Sequence record: MK250017.1
Length of the DNA: 64,000 bases
Strand: one strand, 5' to 3'
In this document: piece after piece, positions 11,560 through 26,097 of the stretch
How positions within the stretch are numbered: the first letter of the stretch is position 1
How the letters are laid out: the number at the start of each line of letters is the position of its first letter
Translations under genes and position numbers: made by a program
Notes under the pieces: generated by a model
Databases searched by the model: none
Told to the model about the DNA's origin: nothing
Seen by the model: the letters and a program-made list of their open reading frames with translations, nothing else

Positions 11560-14500
11560 TTATACTTTATTATTAACATTTATATATTTAGTAAAAGCAA
11601 AAGTATCACTATTATTACTAGATATATTATATTTATACATATATCTAATATAGAAACTACTTAAACCATAATATGTTTTACCATCAAAAGATGTTGGTGC
11701 TGGTAACTTAATACCATTAAGATCTAACGATGGAATCTAAAATTTATTTGTACTAGTAATTGTTGGAGTATATATGTTCTTTGATAATATTTCATTATAA
11801 TATTTATGAGTACGTGGTAATGTTGATGATGTTGTATGATCACTACTATTGTATAAATCTATATCATAAATTGAACAGTCTACATAAATTAAATCTTTTA
11901 ATACTGGTGTAGCTACACTAGAATCTCTATACTACATTTTCATATTTATAGTTACACCATTCTATATACTAGAATTTGTTGAAATTATATTGTTCAGTGA
12001 ATATGTTGTATCGTAACATATATCAGTATAAAAATCAGTTATATCTAATTCAACTCTAGTATGCTTGATAGACGCTCTAGTTGATGAATTAGCAACTGGA
12101 TTTATAGATAATATTGCTGTTTTTTGTTTTGTATTATATTTCAAAGTACCAACTTTTGCGTACGTTGTTTTATACTTTGTTGCACTACCATTTGAATCTA
12201 CATATGTATATTTTTCAGTGATTTTTATAGATGAATTTGTTGTATCTAACTAATTTATATCATTATTTAATAAATATAAAAAACTTTTTTGTGGATTAAA
12301 ATCACCTCTATAAAATTGTATATTACCCTCACTATATGTTTTAAATGAAATATCATTATAACGTACAAATTTAATATTTACTTTACCATCCCATCTACCA
12401 CTATACCATGTCATCCATATATCAAAATTTAATGTTATATTCAATTTACTTAAATTAAATTCACTAAGTAATTTCTTAAAATTAATTGCAATTGATTCAT
12501 ATCCACAACCATGTGTATTATCACCACTAAATGCTATATAACTATATACTTTAGTACTCTCATTATCATTTGTTTGAGCATAACCAAATGAATTTTTACA
12601 TAAATCTACATCTGTATCTGCTATTATTAATGAACCATTATCAGATCTAGTTAATAATGTCGCAGTATCCAAATCTTTGCCACCACTCCATTCATATACT
12701 AATCCAAATATATCAAATGCTGGGAAAAACTCACTATCACCATTTTGAACAATATCTTTATCTATTGTTTTTTGAATATCTCCATTTTTATATGTAACAG
12801 ACCAATTTCGCTTAAATAATTTGTCTATATTTATATCTTCTACTCTTGCAGGAACGCTAAATATATATTCAATCTAATAATCTGTTATCGTAGGTCCAGA
12901 AACCTTTGTTGGAGTATAACTCATAAATCCCTCAACTTCAGTAGATTCATTTAATACTAAATCTGTTGTAACATGATTTCCCTTTATATTAGGATCTGTT
13001 CCTACATAACCATAATATATTATTTTACACTAACCACCTGATTTAGGTATAGGGTCTGGCTCATTTTTTAATATTAATTTTATATCACCTGGTTTTTGTG
13101 TAAAACTTATAGACTTTGATTTATCTTGATATTTTACTGTAAATTTATATGTAATAGTATTTGCAGTTGTATTTGATGTAAATTTATATTTTCTACTTAA
13201 TATTTTATATTCGTTATCTTCAGTTACTTTTCCGTCTGTTGACATAAAATTAAGTCCATCCCCAACTGTTTCATTTACAAATGTTACATTTTCTTTTTCT
13301 ATTACATGTTCTTCATTTAATATTCCAAAATAGTTTATTGTTTTTATTTCGCCTACAGGATTAACAATATTTTGTTTTGACTAATCAGTTTCGCTATCAA
13401 ATATAGATACATCAAATGTTGCTCCTTCCTATGTTATTGATAAATTCGCCGGAAGTTTTTGTCCATTTAAATTATAACTACATTCAAATTCATATGTTAT
13501 AGGATCTTTAGTTTTATTATCTTTAACTGTATATACTTTTCCATATTCACCTTGTAGTAATCCCGAAGGTGGTGTTGATAATTCAGTTAATCTGTTATTT
13601 CCATTTTCATCTTTCGTTTCATCTTCATTTGTCTGCGTTATACTAAAATTATTAGACTATACATATGGATAAATTTTGTCATCATTATCTTTTTCTACAC
13701 TACATATAACAGTTATATGTGATGGTGATAATGGTGATAATGGTGATAATGTAAGAGAATCAAATTTCGCGTTTAACTTATAACTTGAACTACCCTATGT
13801 ACATGTTAATGTTTTTTTATGTTTATCATCTCCAAATTGAATAATAAATTTATATGTTTTATTACTTGTTGTGAGATTTGGACCTATAGAATAATCAAAT
13901 GAATATTTTTTTGAAGTACTATTATATGAAACAATAAAATTATTTATTCCCGGTTTAAGTTGTGTACTATTTAATTCAGTAATTAAGCTATATATAAAAT
14001 TGCCTATTGCATCTTTACCTAAATCTATTATTTCACCATTATTGTATTGTAGATAAAATGTAATTTTTACTGTGTCACCTTTATTACTTATTTCAGGTTT
14101 ATCTATCTCTGCATTTAATGTACATTTTTCATCTCTACCAAATGATGTTCTTATTACTGTTAAATCATTTGTCTTTGTGTTATCTTTATCAATACCATTA
14201 TAACGATAATAAAATTTATATGTTTTATTCTCTGGTTCATTATAAAGATCAGTTAAATTATACTCTGATTTATATGTATTTAAACTTGAATCTAATGTAC
14301 CTCTATCAATCTAAAAAGTATTATTATCTATAAATTTAAAATATTCAGACTATGTTGGTTGTAATTCATCATTTAATAAAACTCTAACATGTATGTTTTG
14401 ATTTGAATGTGGATACCCATTATATGTTATAATTGCACTACTATCTGTACCATTATTCGTTATTGTTCCTGCATTATTATTATCAAAAAATGCAAGCAAA

Positions 14501-17500
14501 TCAAGTGAAGCACCATCCTAATATATTTCAATTCTATTATTATCATTATCCGTATAATTAGTAAATGGATTCCATGTATAACGATAATCAGTTCCATTTA
14601 TATTATCACTAATAAATTCATATTTTATAGATTTAGTTATTTCTCGTTTTAATAAGTCATCATTTTTATTTACTTTAAATGTAATTTTTAAATATGATGA
14701 ATCATTAAACGTTTCTTCTCCTGCATTTTCAAACGCATTATTATCAATAGTTATATCACTAATATTTACAAAACCTCGAAAATGTGTTTTATCTAAATCT
14801 ATATATGTTTTGTAACTATTACCGTAAATATAATTAGCATCATCTGGTAACACTATCATAAATACAGTTCTATAATATAAAGTTACCGGATAACCTGTTG
14901 CTGGTATTCCGTTATCAGTAGTACCTATTTTTAATATACTTTTATTATTGTTATATGATGAATCGTTATCAGATCTATATTGAATATATGTACCATTTAA
15001 TGTATTTTCATTATCTGGTGTTGTTTTAATTTCAGGCTTATAAATATTTAATATTTTGTAAATATATAACTTAGTATTTATAGTACTATAACCCTACTTA
15101 TACATAAATGCATATGTTACCCTACCCGGACATATATATCTTAGTATTGTAATTTTACCTCTATATGTATAATCTTCTTTATTATATGTTGGATTTTCTT
15201 CCGCATATGGCTATACATCAACCTAATTAGCTACACTAATTGAAAACTCTTTTACCTAAAATTTTGATAAATCTATTTTTTTAAGTGAGCCATCATCTTT
15301 ATTAATTTCGCATACATAACATTTATAATAAAGTATATTATTAATAAATGGTGATATATATAATTTTTTTGGTTTATACTCTAATAAAGTTGAATAGCTA
15401 CTGTCTTTGTATAATTCTACATATATCTATAAATATAGTTGTTTAATATCATAATAATTTGTTGAATCATGATATTTTATTTTAATACGAAATATAATAT
15501 CTTTAATAGTAGTTATATCATCTCCATCCATTTTCTATGGATCAACTTTTATAATAGACTATGATTTATTAAGTAATTTTCTATTACCTTGTATCACATG
15601 TATATAACCTGGTGTATTATCATTAGTTGTATATGTAAAATATACATTATCAACTGATGTTTCTAAATGTTTATCTAAATAACCATCTTTAATAATACCT
15701 ACACTTATTACTTCAAATCTATCTTCACCTAATGCTGATACATAATTTGATCTTGGTCTGATTTCACATGCATATACTACTGATTTCTATGTTACAACAT
15801 GAGAAACTGTTTTTGAATTATATTTTACTGTAAATGTTAAACGTCTATCTACATTTTTATCATATATATTTTTACATCTTATATTACTTGCAACTACATA
15901 ATTAATATTTTCATATGTTATAATTTCATATTGTATATCTAATAAATTAACATCATCATTATCACATGTAATTGTATATAAATTTACATCTTCTATTGTA
16001 ATTCCTTTTTCGTTATCAAACGCTCTAAATGCTAAAATTATATTATTATATTCTGGTATACCTCCAATTTTTTCTGTACATTCATCTTGTTTAATTGCCA
16101 AATCAATAGAAAGTATGTCCTATGTTAATTTACATGAAGCTTGTAGAATATCAAGATTATTATCCATATTAAAATTTATAGTCTTTGTAATAGAAGCACG
16201 TTCATTTCTATCAAAATTAATATCTAATATATATTCATCACCATTTAATGTAACATTATTATATAATACACTGTCAACTAATGCATTTATTGTATATGTC
16301 GTAGAAATATTATTTTTTATATTTGTAACATTTGTAATCTTTACAGAATTCTTTTTATCAATCTCTATTATACCATAATAATGCAATCTTATTGTTTCAC
16401 CAAATGCAGAAACATTATATGTTCCATTAGTAGAAGGAGTTTCTGCTGTATTTCTATCTAAATATTCTACGTAATACTATAATTTTATACTTGATTTATC
16501 TTGAATTATTTGTTTTACTGTACTTTTTAATTTATTAGAACCATTATCATATACTACGTTAACATATAAATATCTTTGCTCACTTGTATAATTTTCATCT
16601 ACATTTATAGTGGTTTTAAATTCACCATCAACATATATAGTTTTAATTACACTATAATTAATCTAATTCTATGTATTACTATATGAAAACTCTAACTATA
16701 AATTATCTTTAACTTCTTTTGACTTAACATTAATACCATCTGTATATGTACATTTATATGTTAATATTCTATTATCACCATTAAAAATTACAGGATTCGG
16801 TTTATCTATATCTAACGTAATAGTATATGTATTAACATTCTATATTATTGATTTTTGTTGATTAACTTCATTATATTGAGTTTTAAATATTGCTTCAAAT
16901 TCTAACGTCTTCTAACTACTTATATTCTCATCTATTAAATATACTAATTCTACTGTATTGTCAGATGAATTAATTTTTAATGACTTTATTTTATTTTTAT
17001 CTAATAAATTACCATTTAAATTTAATGTTACATTAGACTAATTTCTTTTATTTAATACTGCCCAATATTTTATATGGATTTCCTGTTCATCACCAGATAT
17101 TACACCTCCATCTTTATTTAAATGTCCATTCTACACTTCTGTAGGAATAAACTCCAAATGAACTTCAATATTTTCTTTTGGGGCCTATGAAACTTTTGCA
17201 TATATATGATTTATAGGTGTTAAACTCTATACATTATTACGTACAGCAAATTCCATTACATCTTTACGTAATTTTTCTGTTGTATTATCACTAATAGATG
17301 TAATGATTAATTTATTGTAATATTTTAAAGCCTCATTTGTTTCGCTATCTTTTTCACCTTCTTTTATAAATTTATACCCTGTAATCCAATCAGGTTTATA
17401 TATACAATTAATATCTGATGTAATAGGTATATAATTCCATTCTAATACAGCATAATAACCTGTATTAGTCTCATTAAATTTATCTGCAGGTAATAACGGT

Positions 17501-17550
17501 AATATAATAGTATCTGATAAAATTTTATGAAATTTATTATTGCTCATCAT
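11560..17550 (-). CDS. Large virion structural/adhesin-like protein with Ig/BACON-like beta repeats, ~1995 aa
   Basis: Manual scan found no in-frame TAA/TGA between 17550 and 11560 but about 30 TAG; six track fragments share this frame; Thr/Asn/Tyr-rich beta-strand repeats; BACON-like PDWIT...DNTTEKLR segment at the N-terminus. Confidence 0.7.
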
Positions 17551-17574
17551 TTATATGCAAATTAGTTTTATAAA

Positions 17575-19290
17575 TTAAATAAATCCATGGAATATAAAAT
17601 CACCATAAATTGATCTAGTTGTTGGTCCCCATGTTGTCAATATAGCGACAACGAACCAAATATTTGTTAATTTTAATCGTTCATATGTAGGTAAGAAATC
17701 ACCTCCAATGACAATAGTCCATTCTAATAATCTTACTAATTTTTCTATTGCAGGTGCATTTTGATCACTCAATGCTAATCGTACATCAAATAAATCAGGA
17801 TCCATTAAATATTCAGGTGTTTGAATCGGTGGAAATGCTTTTCTGATTATTGCGTTTATTTTCTAAAAATCAACATTCTGTAATGCAGACTTTGCACCAA
17901 TATCAAGTTTAAATTGACACTTACTCATATCAAATGCAATATTCATAACACCCATTCCCCAAAATGGTTTACCTAACTATCCTGCTTTATATACAGTTGG
18001 ATCAGTTTTATAAAAAGGACAAATTGCCATATTTGACTTTGCAGTAAAGAAGAAACCATATTCCTATGGACCTATATAGAATGGTCCACTTATATTTGTA
18101 ATTGCATTATAGGCAACTGCTAATGCTTTTTCCAATGCTTCCTTTGCTAATTGTACTGCTCTGATAATCTGATTAATAACTGCAAATAACGGCGCTAATT
18201 TCTCATCTACCGTGCCGAATTTAATACGTCTTAGTAATTTTATAATTAACTCATTTTTCTTTATTAGAAGCAAATTAATTATCTTTTTTATCTCTATAAA
18301 TACAAGGTTTACTTTTGCTGTTACATAATCTCTATATTCTTTTGGCATAGTTGCAGTTCCTGCTAAAATATCTGGAACTTTCTATACTACATTTAATACA
18401 AGATTAAAATAATCTAAAATATTTTTAATTTTATCTATTATTTCTGGCGTTTCTGTTCTATATTCACCTTTTAGTGTTTCTGTAATTTTTATAAGTAAAT
18501 CTTTTCCTGCACATGTAAGTGAACAATATCCATTACCGGGCATGAAATCTATATGTTTTCCGCAAACAGGACATGTTCCTCCTTTTACAAGATAATGACC
18601 AAACTAATCAACTGCAGATGCTAATCCTATTGCAGCATCTAATGTATTTTTACTCGTTCTAGTTCCATCTTCATCTTCAGTTACAGTATTTGTAACATTC
18701 TTAACAATATCTTCATCTTCTGCATTTTGTACAGAAGCAGCAGCTAATGTTGTTACATCCTGTAATGCAACAGTATCTTTTATCTGCTGATTAACATCTG
18801 TTTCTTTTCCTTGATGATATTCATTATCCTATACAGAAACACCATACATATCTTCTTCTATAATATTAGATTCATCAAATAATGATGCACCTGTATATTC
18901 CTCTAGATCTTCTTCTGATTGTTCAGTATGTCCAGTTGTATTTACAAATTCTTCATTATTATCTTCTTGTTCTTCTAACTATTTCTGTGTAAAAGAATTA
19001 ATATATTCTTCTGTTTCAGCAGCAGATTTATTTTTTAATCTTTCACCAGTTGTTAAATTTTTAATACTATATACCCGTTCAACATCAATCAGATTATTAG
19101 TTACATTTTCATCTTTATCTATTTCATAATAAACATCCCATGTTACTCGTATTTTATTTCTTGGATCTCCTACATAATATGTTTTATATCTTAATGAACT
19201 AGTATAATATTTTTTATTCTCATCATACTAAAAATCATCGTCATCATAGTTATAATATATAACACCAGTTTTAGATGTAATTGTTTCCAT
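17575..19290 (-). CDS. Hypothetical protein with Cys-rich segment, 571 aa (code 15)
   Basis: Fragments 18064-18348 and 17575-17805 share the frame of ATG 19290; contains CPVCGKHIDFMPGNGYCSLTC. Confidence 0.6.
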
Positions 19291-19292
19291 TA

Positions 19293-20000
19293 TCAAATAA
19301 TTAAGTTTTCAATATTTCCTAAATATTCAACTTCATTTAGATTAAATTTTTGTTTTGTATTGTCATTAAATTTTACAATACATGTATTAACATTTTCCTA
19401 TATAGAATATAATGTACCGAATTTATTATTCTTAATAACATATACATCATTTTCATGTAATTGATTTGATTTAAATTTCAAATAATTATCATTTGTAAGT
19501 GGATATTTTGGTTTCTTATTTTGTTTATTTGCTACCATTTTACCTAATACCTTTGGTGCTCCGTCAAATGTTTTTATATTATTGAAATTTGCATAACAAT
19601 TACCATGAATAATATATGGGAATGCAGTCCAATCAGATAAATTATTTCCTGTCATATTACAAGAGCCATCTACCTCATTGAATTTAAATAACTGCATTCC
19701 CATACGATTCAATCCTTTATTGGAAAGATATAAATTATCATGGACATCTACTAATATACCATGACCTGTACATTTAATTTCGTAATTATCTACGTCTAAT
19801 TCATTTAACATTCTCTCGACTCTTGGTTTTAATTCATTTTCTTCATATTCTGAAGATATATTTGTTGATACATAATCATCATCTCCTAATATATCATCAA
19901 AATCATCATCAAAATCATCAAACATTGATTCGTTTAACGTAGATATATTTCTTTTATTGTATTTGTTTATTTTTTTATATTCTGGAACTGAAATAATCAT
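19293..20000 (-). CDS. Leucine-rich-repeat-like protein with LNESMFDD N-terminal motif
   Basis: Track ORF extended across TAG 19398 to TGA 19293; repeats such as NLYLSNKGL, CNMTGNNLS, CYANFNNIKTFDGAP. Confidence 0.6.
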
Positions 20001-20037
20001 AATTAGTTATTAAATAATAATTTATATTATTTATTTT

Positions 20038-20490
20038 TTAATTATTATCGTCCATAATCAAAGATGGTTTACCTCTATCATCTTTTTTAATTCCCTAACA
20101 TTCTATTATTTTATTCTTATAAAAACGTTCATAGAAAAATACTTCCTCACACAAATTATACAGGTCTGTATGTTTAGGTAATATACCATTATCTAAAAGT
20201 ACAATTTTGTTTATTTCCTTAATCTTCTTAAATTTATTCTAAAGGTTAAACAATAAAGTTTCATCCAAATTTTTATTTATGTAAATAATTCCTTGATATT
20301 TCTTTAATTTAGACGCCTATTGAATTTGATTCAATATTTCAGTATTAATGAAATATACATTCGACTATTTGCTGAGATCTAGTTTAAAACTACTTACGAA
20401 CGACTATACATCAAGAATAAAAAAACTTTTAATGTTAGTAAATAACATTCTTAGTTTATTTTCAGATTCAGTTGTTACGTATACATTCAT
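20038..20490 (-). CDS. Hypothetical protein, 150 aa (code 15)
   Basis: Open from ATG 20490 to TAA 20038 with several TAG; absent from the standard-code track. Confidence 0.55.
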
Positions 20491-20549
20491 TTATATTAAT
20501 TACTCGTTAGTTTTTAATTATAGTTACCAATTATTTATTATTGAAATTA

Positions 20550-21689
20550 TCAAACCTCATGTTTTGTATTATCTGATAATGTTGATTCATAATAATCAGT
20601 TAAACCTTTCGCTAACGCTTCTTTCAACGTATTATTATTCATACGTCTTGAAATACTTGTAACAAAATGTTCTGACATTCCTTCTGGATACACATCCTTT
20701 ATAGTTTTATAAACTTCCTTTGGAGGTAATTCAAGTTCAATATCAACACCAATATTATATACTTTCTTCTTACTCTTATCAATCATATTAGTAATAAGAA
20801 TATCCTCTTTATAATCTGGATCTTCATATGGTGATATTTTCTTATCTTCAGAAACTTGGTCAATTACTTCATTACGTAATCGTTTTGCAAATTGTTCAGT
20901 AGATAATGTAACAGTTTCTCCATTAGAAACTATATTAATAGAATCATATTCTGAATTAGACAAAATATCATCAAGATTAATAGTAATACTTGCATGACGT
21001 ACAGTTTCAATTACCGCAGTAGAAATAGGTGATTTAGTTGTATTAACTTGCTTACTATTATATTGAGTAATTTGAGGATTTGGAACTTTTGCAATTATAT
21101 CTGCTACAATTTCTGGAGACTCTACTTTAATTTCTGGTTTCTTTACAGTTTTACCTAAAATTAAATTATCAGTTGATTCAGAAATATTAGTATTCTGCTT
21201 TAATGATGGATCTAATAATTCAGGATGTAAAGAAAGTAAATAATTTTCTTTTGGTTCGATATTTGTAGTTTTAACTGTAACAGGTGGTGTCGCATCGGTT
21301 CTCTTACCTGCATTACTTATAGGTCTAGATGAAGATTTACCGTCTTCAGATAATGTCAGACTCATATGTTCTCCATTAACACCTATACCTGGTTGAGGAA
21401 CCTCAAACACTTCTCCATTTTCTCCTGTTACTGTTTTTGTTTCATTAAGATTAAACTCTACTGTTTTGAATGACCATTTATTTGTAGGACCTGAAAGTTC
21501 AGTCATCATATATCTGCCATTAAATGCATTCATATTATTCACTTCAGCAATATATGATTCATCACATTTCGTATTATCCTCAAATACATAAAGGGTTAAT
21601 TCATCATCAGATATATCATCGATATATTTCAATTTTGTAATTTTACCAAGAGTTTCTCCTGGTTGCATATGCTAATAAAACTTTGCCAT
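20550..21689 (-). CDS. Hypothetical protein, 379 aa
   Basis: Track ORF extended across one TAG to ATG 21689 (MAKFYQHMQPG...). Confidence 0.7.
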
Positions 21690-21698
21690 ATTTTATAA

Positions 21699-21887
21699 TT
21701 AGTTTTCTTTTTCTTTTACATATCGTACTTTTACTGATACGATATTAATATTATTGTTTTCTAAATTATTTTCTAATTTATTTATATTGGTATTTTCTTT
21801 GGGTATATTTTTAAACTTATTGGTAAATAAACCCATGAACCAATACCAACATCGTTTAATAAATTGAATCATGAAGTTATTACACAA
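21699..21887 (-). CDS. Small hypothetical protein
   Basis: 62-aa ORF collinear with neighbouring genes; amphipathic IKRCWYWFMGLF. Confidence 0.45.
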   Translation of the reverse strand: MCNNFMIQFIKRCWYWFMGLFTNKFKNIPKENTNINKLENNLENNNINIVSVKVRYVKEKEN

Positions 21888-21941
21888 TATTAGTTTTACT
21901 CTAATATTTTATATCAAATATAATAAGTTTAGTTTACTTTA

Positions 21942-22346
21942 TTATTCACATGTATCTGCACTTCCATTTGATTGATTTTCATCTTCAACTTCTGGTTTAT
22001 TAACAGGTTTTTTTCTACAAGGTGCTTCAGTAATTTCTATTCTATTTTTACCAAATGAACTTGTAATCGATTTAATACCCATTAAACCTGCTGATACACT
22101 AAAGTAAGTAATTGTTCTATCTATAAATTCTAAGATATTCCCGCATTCTCCTGGATTTATAAAATAATATAATACAAGAATAAGGAATAAAAATAAGCAT
22201 ACACATGATGCAATAAAACCTACAACCTTTGTTGAACTTGTTTTTCCATTATTATTTGAAAATATTTCAACCGGTGAAAACTTATGTGCATTAAAAATAG
22301 GTACGCCACAAATTATGTCGTCATCATTTGTTTTCTATGTATTCAT
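21942..22346 (-). CDS. Two-TM membrane protein, holin-like, 134 aa
   Basis: ATG 22346 with TAG at codon 4; TM segments VVGFIASCVCLFLFLILVLYYFI and ITYFSVSAGLMGI; charged C-terminal tail. Confidence 0.5.
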
Positions 22347-22423
22347 TTGTTTTTAATTATTTTTCATTTAATTATTTATTTTTATAAATATCATATACAA
22401 AATTTAATTAATTATTAATTTAA

Positions 22424-23458
22424 ATGAAACATTTTGGTTTTGACTCAGCATATAAAAAACTATATGAATCATTATTTGATGATACAGATGATATATTAAA
22501 TAATAGTGAAATTGATCATTCTGATTTATATATAGATGATGAATATATTTTTGAAAGATTTAAAGAATTATATAATGAATAGGATTTATCAAAATATAGT
22601 ATAATAGAATATCCGAAATTCAATAATTTTAATATATAGAATATAAATGGAATTGATTATAGATTTGTAGATAGTGTAGAATCATGCGGTCATTATACAT
22701 TAGGTTATCCCAAATCTATAAAACGTTCTGGATTATTTTCATATATAATTAATTCGCAGGAATTAATTGATTTTATTATGAAATATAATATAATTATATA
22801 GTGTCCAATTTCATTACATGGTAAATATTAGGAAACATATATAACTTATATTTTTGATAATATTAATATTCCTGAAAACTTTTTAAATAATTTTTCACTA
22901 TATAAAGATTCATATGTAGTTAGAGCATATACACCTGGATTAATTTTTAATAACTGTAATATAATAGAAAATGAATTAGAACATTTATTAAGTTCTACTG
23001 ATTTTAGTTATAAACGAATAAAATATGTTAATTTAAATAAGGTAACATTAAAATCATTAAATATAACAATAACTTAGGATTTTTGTTTTGAAATAATGAA
23101 TTGTAATTAGTTAACAGATTTAAATCTTATATATAAATGTAATATAGTCGATGATAATTCATTAGTTATAAAAAATTGTAAGTCATTGAAAAATGTTAAT
23201 ATATAGGATAATTCTAAATATGTTTCTTTATTAAAATTAAAAATTGATAAATGTCCTAATATTAATACAGATACATTAATATTACCAAATCATAATACAA
23301 AAATATATAATGTACAATTACTTAATGATAAAATAAAATAGCGTGCAATAAAATTCCGTGGTGATATTGTTGAATATTTTTATAAGAATGGTAATGGTAA
23401 AGATTTTAAATATAAGTATTATGATATAGGTCCAAATCCACATATGTATTGGTTATAA
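22424..23458 (+). CDS. Leucine-rich-repeat protein with YESLFDD N-terminal motif, 344 aa (code 15)
   Basis: MKHFGFDSAYKKLYESLFDDTDDIL...; LRR-like LTDLNL..CN / LVIKNCKSLKNVNI / LKIDKCPNI; ends TAA 23456-23458. Confidence 0.6.
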
Positions 23459-23474
23459 AAATAATATATAATAA

Positions 23475-23506
23475 AAGGGAAATAACTGTTATGAGTTATT
23501 TCCCTT
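23475..23506. terminator. Hairpin between convergent genes
   Basis: aagggaaataact/agttatttccctt 13-bp inverted repeat. Confidence 0.6.
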
Positions 23507-23903
23507 CATTCATTAAAATAAGTTAGTAATTCGTTTGACTATATTTTTCCGTGTTTTATGTAAGATTTTGTATATAGTCCAAACATGAGGACGAAATAAA
23601 TACAGGTAAAACCTATAAAGTTTTTTTATTTCTTTAAAGGAGTATATATGAATTCCATCTGAATTTGTGCTTAAAATCTGTATAAACGTAAACATAGTAA
23701 TATTCGAAAAACTTATTTTAATTATTATACAATATTTATATAAAATAGTCTTAAAAAATAAGAGGAACTATACATCGCGTACTGTTCCTCTTTAATCTAA
23801 ATAATTTAGAAAAATGAAAACTAATTGAAAAACGAGCAAACGTTTTTTCTTAGTTTTTCTATATCTTTTTATTTATCTATGTTTGAAAAATAATTTTTTT
23901 AAA

Positions 23904-26036
23904 TTAGTTTCCACCGAATAATTTATCAAGTTCTTCCTGCGACATTGCATCTACTGCATCATCACCGTTTGTTGATGGTTCATCATCTTTATTCTCGTCA
24001 TCTGACTTATCATCATCTGAATCACTTGAATCATCAGAATCATCAGAACTATCTGAATCATCAACAATCTGACCACCAATCATTTCTTCAAATTCTTCTT
24101 TAGAAATACCATATTCATTATTTAAAACATCTGCAAGATCATTTACATAATCAGTATTTGTTAAAATAACTTTAATAGGTTTATCTTCACTGTCAGAAGA
24201 ATCATCTGAATTATCATCTGAACTTGCATCTGAATCTTCACCATCTGTTGCATTATCATCTGTAGAATCATCTGTAGAATCATCTGCTGTATCACTTTCA
24301 GAATCATCATCTTCTAACAATTTCTTAAACTTATTATAATGTAAAGACTCATTAGGTGTTTCATCTGCAGTATCATCAGTATCTGTATTTTCATCTGAGT
24401 TTTCATCTGCTTCTGAATCTGTATCATCAGAATCTTCACTGTCATCTGTTTCATCATCATCTTCAAATTCAATAGCATCATCTGGAACACCAGCATCTAC
24501 AAGTGATTGTTTAAGTTCATCTGCAGCATCTTGATTTGCAACTGTAATTACAACGCGTGATAATTCTACTTCTTCATCATTATCGGGTGTTTCATCTGTA
24601 TCGTCACCTGATTCAGTATCTGCATTATCGTCTGAAGCATCTGCATTATCATCTTTACTATCTCCATCAGTAGGATCTACTGACAATGGTTCCAATGGAT
24701 TTTCTTCATCTTCATTAATTGCTTTAGACTTATTCAACTTTTTGAAAGTCAAACGATATGTAAGTTCTTCATCAAGAATTAACATTAAACGCTCTTTATT
24801 TTCAATAGCTGTACGAAGTTCTCTCTTTGTTGATTTTGTAGCAGATTCATTCAATGACTTATATGATTTCATAAGATTTGTATGCTGTTTCTTAACAGTA
24901 TTTAACAATTCAAGAAGTTCTTTAGCTGAATATTCTGTAATATTCTTACCATTGATTGTTTTCTTAGAATATAATGTTTTCTTACCAGATTTCATAGCTT
25001 CACAAATCATATTGAACTTCTCTGCACCAAGTGATTCCTTTAACTACATAATCTCTTTTTTCTTCATGATAAGTTTCATCTTCTTATCATTACGTGGTTC
25101 TGTCTTTGCTTTATTAATTGCATTACTAATAATAGATTCATTAAGATATGGTTTCTTAGCAGAACGAACAATATCTCTTGTTGTCAAACCAGCTTTACGC
25201 ATTTTTAATGCTTCAGAAAGGTTAACAAGTTTTTTACCTTTCTTTGGTGGACAACATCCCTTTTTCTTTTCAAGAAGTCTTCTTCTGTTTCTGAGTTTAC
25301 GATTATTTAATGATTCATAGCATTCAAATTCGCTGTCTTCCATACATTCATCAAATTCATCATCTGCATCGTCATCTGAATCATTTAATGCATCATCATC
25401 AGCAAATTCCTCATCAGCATCTTCATATGTTTCATCATAAATACCATCATCTTCCATATCTGCATATGCAGCATCTTTTGCATCTAATGCATCTGGATCA
25501 TCTGGATCAACTTCATCATAATCAGGAATCATATCATCATAGTCATCATCCTCTGTATCAATCCATTCACCTTCATCATCAAGACCATAATCTTCATCCA
25601 TATCAATATAATCATCACCATATTCATCCTTCATATCTTCGATGGCACAATCTCTTGCATCATCATCACATGATTCATCAATATAATCATCACCATATTC
25701 GTCTCTCATATCATCTTCAGCTGCAGCACGAGCATCATCATCTGATTCAACGTCATCAAGTTCATCATCTGCATCGTCATATACAAAGAAATTATCAACG
25801 TCATCAATATAATAATCATTTTCAAATATGTCGATAATATCATCTTGTGTAAGACCATCAATTACCATATAAACAGTACCATCAGACTCTTCCTTAGTAA
25901 TTGTTGCATCTGTTGTATCTTCTATCTATGAAGCGATTTTATCCATCTAACCATTAAGTTCAGGATTTTCGTTTACAAGTCGTACAACATCAATCTTTAC
26001 AGGAAATGTAAGACTTTCATTAAGTTTTCTTTTCAT
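23904..26036 (-). CDS. Large acidic protein, 710 aa (probable head-associated/core-like)
   Basis: Fragments 25044-25868 and 23904-25010 join across TAG 25044; extends across two more TAG to ATG 26036 (MKRKLNESL...); Asp-rich tracts and repeated LNES/INED motifs. Confidence 0.7.
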
Positions 26037-26097
26037 ATTATTATAAATAGAATTATTTTCTTTTTTATTATTTATCTTTTTGAAAAAACACTATAAA

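Noticed and set aside
11560-19290. Apparent field of pseudogene fragments or non-coding DNA
   Set aside because: Fragments are all in one frame and broken only by TAG; they are intact genes under code 15
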